Source: Polyangiaceae bacterium (GTDB lineage: Bacteria; Myxococcota_A; Polyangia; Polyangiales; Polyangiaceae). From it: a stretch of DNA of 30,021 bases. This document shows positions 27,708 through 30,021 of the stretch, piece after piece. The translations under genes and the position numbers were made by a program. How positions within the stretch are numbered: the first letter of the stretch is position 1; each line of letters begins with the position of its first letter. The stretch covers positions 1 to 30,021 of the forward strand of contig JANRKO010000040.1 of NCBI GenBank assembly GCA_033763455.1, read 5' to 3'. The notes under the pieces were generated by a model. The model saw only the letters and a program-made list of their open reading frames with translations, did not search any database and was not told the DNA's origin.

Positions 27708-28817
27708 CTACTCCACTGGGTAGCCACGCCACAACCAGATCAGCGCGTCTACCAGGGTGCCCCCTAGTACATACGGATCATTGTGTCCCGCGCCCGGCGC
27801 GAAGTTGTGCTGCACGTGAATGCCTTTTGCGTTCAGCGCGCTGTACATGTTTTGGTTCGCCGTTTGCCAATCAAGGTTGGGTGCCTTGGCGTCGGCAGGC
27901 CCCGTGTCCCCGGAGGTAGATTCGAGCCACACCCTGAGCGGCTTCGGGGGATTATTGGGGATAAGCGACGCATGGTAGTCCCACGCGCCGTTCGGATGCA
28001 TGGCATCTTTGCGCAGCGCGACGTACGACCCCGAATACGTGATGATGCGCCGGAACCTCTCTGGGCGGAACCAGCCAAGGGTGAATGCCGCCGCACCACC
28101 CGAGCTTCCGCCAAGCGTGGCACCGCCCTCAGGATCTGTAGTTAACACAACGTTCGCTTCCTTCTCCACACGTGGGAAAAGCTCTGTTTCCAAGAACCGC
28201 GCGTAGGCATCCGACACGCTGTCGTATTCGAGCGACCGCTGGCCGCCCGGCCCATTTTCGACCATGATGCCGATCATTTTGGGCAAACATTTGCCGGGAA
28301 TAAGGCTATCGAGCACGTTCGGAATATCGTCGGAATAACCGACGCCATCCTGCACCACGATAAACGGAGCCGGTGTGCCGGGCACATAGCCCACCGGCAC
28401 GTAGACCCAGACTCTGCGCATGAACGGAACGTTGTTGCGCCCAGGGAAAATCTTGCTTTCCGCCGAATTCATGGTGAACGGGATCACCGCGCCGTGAGGC
28501 ACAGTTGGGTTCACCGAAAATTCGGGGGTCGGCCAATACTTTACGTCGAGAGTACGATTGCCATCCCCATCTGCAGGCATATCGGGGCTGGCAATCGGTA
28601 TTGTAGGACCCGGCGTGCACTGACGAATGGGCGCGGGCATGGGCATGGCAGGTGCCGTCTCTGTTGGGAGAGGGGCAGATGTTTCGGTGGCGGTCGCCGA
28701 AGGGGCGGTACTCTCAGCCCCAGCTGCGCCCAGATTGCTCTGTTCCACAACACCGCTACTGCATGCGGAGACCAACACTGCAGCCCCAAAGCTTCCAAGC
28801 CATCGCGCTAGTTGCAT
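27708..28817 (-). CDS. Alpha/beta-hydrolase esterase (Fes/enterochelin esterase-like) lipoprotein
   Basis: RRVWVYVP, FIVVQDG, QRSLEYD, GGSSGG nucleophile elbow and GAGH; lipobox-like VSAC. Confidence 0.88.
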   Translation of the reverse strand: MQLARWLGSFGAAVLVSACSSGVVEQSNLGAAGAESTAPSATATETSAPLPTETAPAMPMPAPIRQCTPGPTIPIASPDMPADGDGNRTLDVKYWPTPEFSVNPTVPHGAVIPFTMNSAESKIFPGRNNVPFMRRVWVYVPVGYVPGTPAPFIVVQDGVGYSDDIPNVLDSLIPGKCLPKMIGIMVENGPGGQRSLEYDSVSDAYARFLETELFPRVEKEANVVLTTDPEGGATLGGSSGGAAAFTLGWFRPERFRRIITYSGSYVALRKDAMHPNGAWDYHASLIPNNPPKPLRVWLESTSGDTGPADAKAPNLDWQTANQNMYSALNAKGIHVQHNFAPGAGHNDPYVLGGTLVDALIWLWRGYPVE

Positions 28818-28916
28818 GAAACGGAACGTACCGCACTTGACGCTCAAAATCGGGTCAACCTACGCCGAGAAACTGGACTATCGCGCCAGCATTACAGCTA
28901 CGTTCAGACTTCCTTA

Positions 28917-29693
28917 TTACACTGAAAAGCGCCGCTCTGCCGCGCCCGTGCCATCATCGAACACGCCCTCAATGACGTGGAACGCGCCAGGCAAGAGCTC
29001 CCAGCTAAAGTAAGTGTGTGGCAAAGCTTCGGGAAAGAAACCATGCGTCAGGTGATCTGTGAGTGCGTACTCGGGACCTTCCGGTTTTGGATCAAACACC
29101 TCAAAAAGATGCTCGGCGACTTCATCATCTGTCATCCGTGTGCGGCACACGAGGGGCTGCTCAAAGGTGGGGCGCAGATAACCTGAAACTCTATCGTGAA
29201 AGCTCACCCACGCGCGACCTTTGATTGCATCGCCCACGGCCATGCGAACCCGGGCAAGCTCGGGGCCGTCTTGATCCACACCGAGCAAAACACAAGCCTG
29301 GCCGATCACGTTGCTGAACATGAGGGCCGTGTCGCCCAAGCTCTCCACAAGCTTCGGGAATTTTTCGGGATGATGGATCAGATGATCTTCAGCAATGAAC
29401 TCGACACGGGGCTGGCGCTCCAAAGGTGCGCGTCGCAACTTTCGCTGAAAGATGAACCGGGCAAAAGGATCCGGCTCCAGGCACACGATGCGTTCGTAAC
29501 GCTCGAAAACGAACGGCTGAATGCAATAGCCCCCGCTTGGCCCAGCCAAAAGCAGGGTCTTCTGGGTAGGTTGAAAGCCGAGCAGCCACTCGCCCAGCGC
29601 CCAACGAAAAGGATGCCAAAGCTCTTTAGAGTAGCGTAGAGCCCGCGCATGGTAGCGAAGGCCTCCCGCGTCGTTGAGCCAGGTTAGCGTCAT
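28917..29693 (-). CDS. Hypothetical protein, possible Rossmann/SAM-methyltransferase-like fold
   Basis: LLLAGPSGGY followed by IVCLEPDP and later LMFSNVIGQ. Start is uncertain. Confidence 0.7.
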   Translation of the reverse strand: MTLTWLNDAGGLRYHARALRYSKELWHPFRWALGEWLLGFQPTQKTLLLAGPSGGYCIQPFVFERYERIVCLEPDPFARFIFQRKLRRAPLERQPRVEFIAEDHLIHHPEKFPKLVESLGDTALMFSNVIGQACVLLGVDQDGPELARVRMAVGDAIKGRAWVSFHDRVSGYLRPTFEQPLVCRTRMTDDEVAEHLFEVFDPKPEGPEYALTDHLTHGFFPEALPHTYFSWELLPGAFHVIEGVFDDGTGAAERRFSV

Positions 29694-29875
29694 ATTATGT
29701 GCCCGAAGTCGCGCAAGCTCGCATTGCCCCTTGGTGACTACCAAGAACGCCAGAGCTCGGCGAGAGGCGATCCGGTGGCATAGATGTTGATGCGGATTTT
29801 GAGGGGTCGCTGGATGTTGATCCGGCGCCGCGCCCGCGCAAGGGCGAGCAATTTAGAGGAGTTTGGGCGGGCGCG

Positions 29876-29963
29876 GGGCTCGATTTTCTGAGGCGAGGCG
29901 AGAGAGAAAGCGCAGTTGTTGAAGAGGGGGCAAAGCTACGCCTCGCCTCAGAAAACCGGGCCC
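29876..29963. repeat. 25-bp inverted repeat (2 mismatches) with 38-nt spacer
   Basis: GGGCTCGATTTTCTGAGGCGAGGCG (29876-29900) and CGCCTCGCCTCAGAAAACCGGGCCC (29939-29963). Confidence 0.9.
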
Positions 29964-30021
29964 GTTTGAAGAGCGACAAGGAGGACGAGGTGGGCCACGC
30001 GTCGTCAGACGGTAGAGACAA

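Noticed and set aside
29695..30021. 108-aa Ser-rich minus-strand ORF
   Set aside because: It is low-complexity, runs through long inverted repeats and is open at the window edge, so it cannot be supported as a CDS.

Overview
GC-rich (roughly 60% by eye) bacterial chromosomal segment. Its gene content (FGE/C-type-lectin lipoprotein, Cys-rich Gly/Ser-linker lipoprotein, multi-TM Hanks kinase, beta-propeller protein) suggests Myxococcota/Polyangiales; this is an inference. The window opens in a ~800-bp non-coding region of nested tandem repeats (17-bp x8, 35-bp x6, palindromic modules). It then carries a split MacAB-like ABC exporter, a divergent membrane pyrophosphatase, vapBC followed by an HNH pseudogene, a Ser/Thr kinase divergent from an Amt ammonium transporter with no adjacent glnK, BASS and CstA transporters, an inositol monophosphatase, a VOC gene, a MazF toxin with a non-canonical antitoxin, Cys-rich, Zn-ribbon and outer-membrane proteins, a GH3 glucosidase, an AI-2E transporter and a Fes-like esterase. 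The least explained signals are attC-like remnants framing the MazF module and VOC gene (a possible decayed integron cassette array), the hierarchical repeat region, an 8-bp duplication that breaks the HNH gene, recurrent leaderless-type promoters and a long hairpin element at the right end. I found no integrase, transposase, reverse transcriptase, CRISPR array, tRNA or rRNA. All family calls are by motif recognition; no database searches were run.
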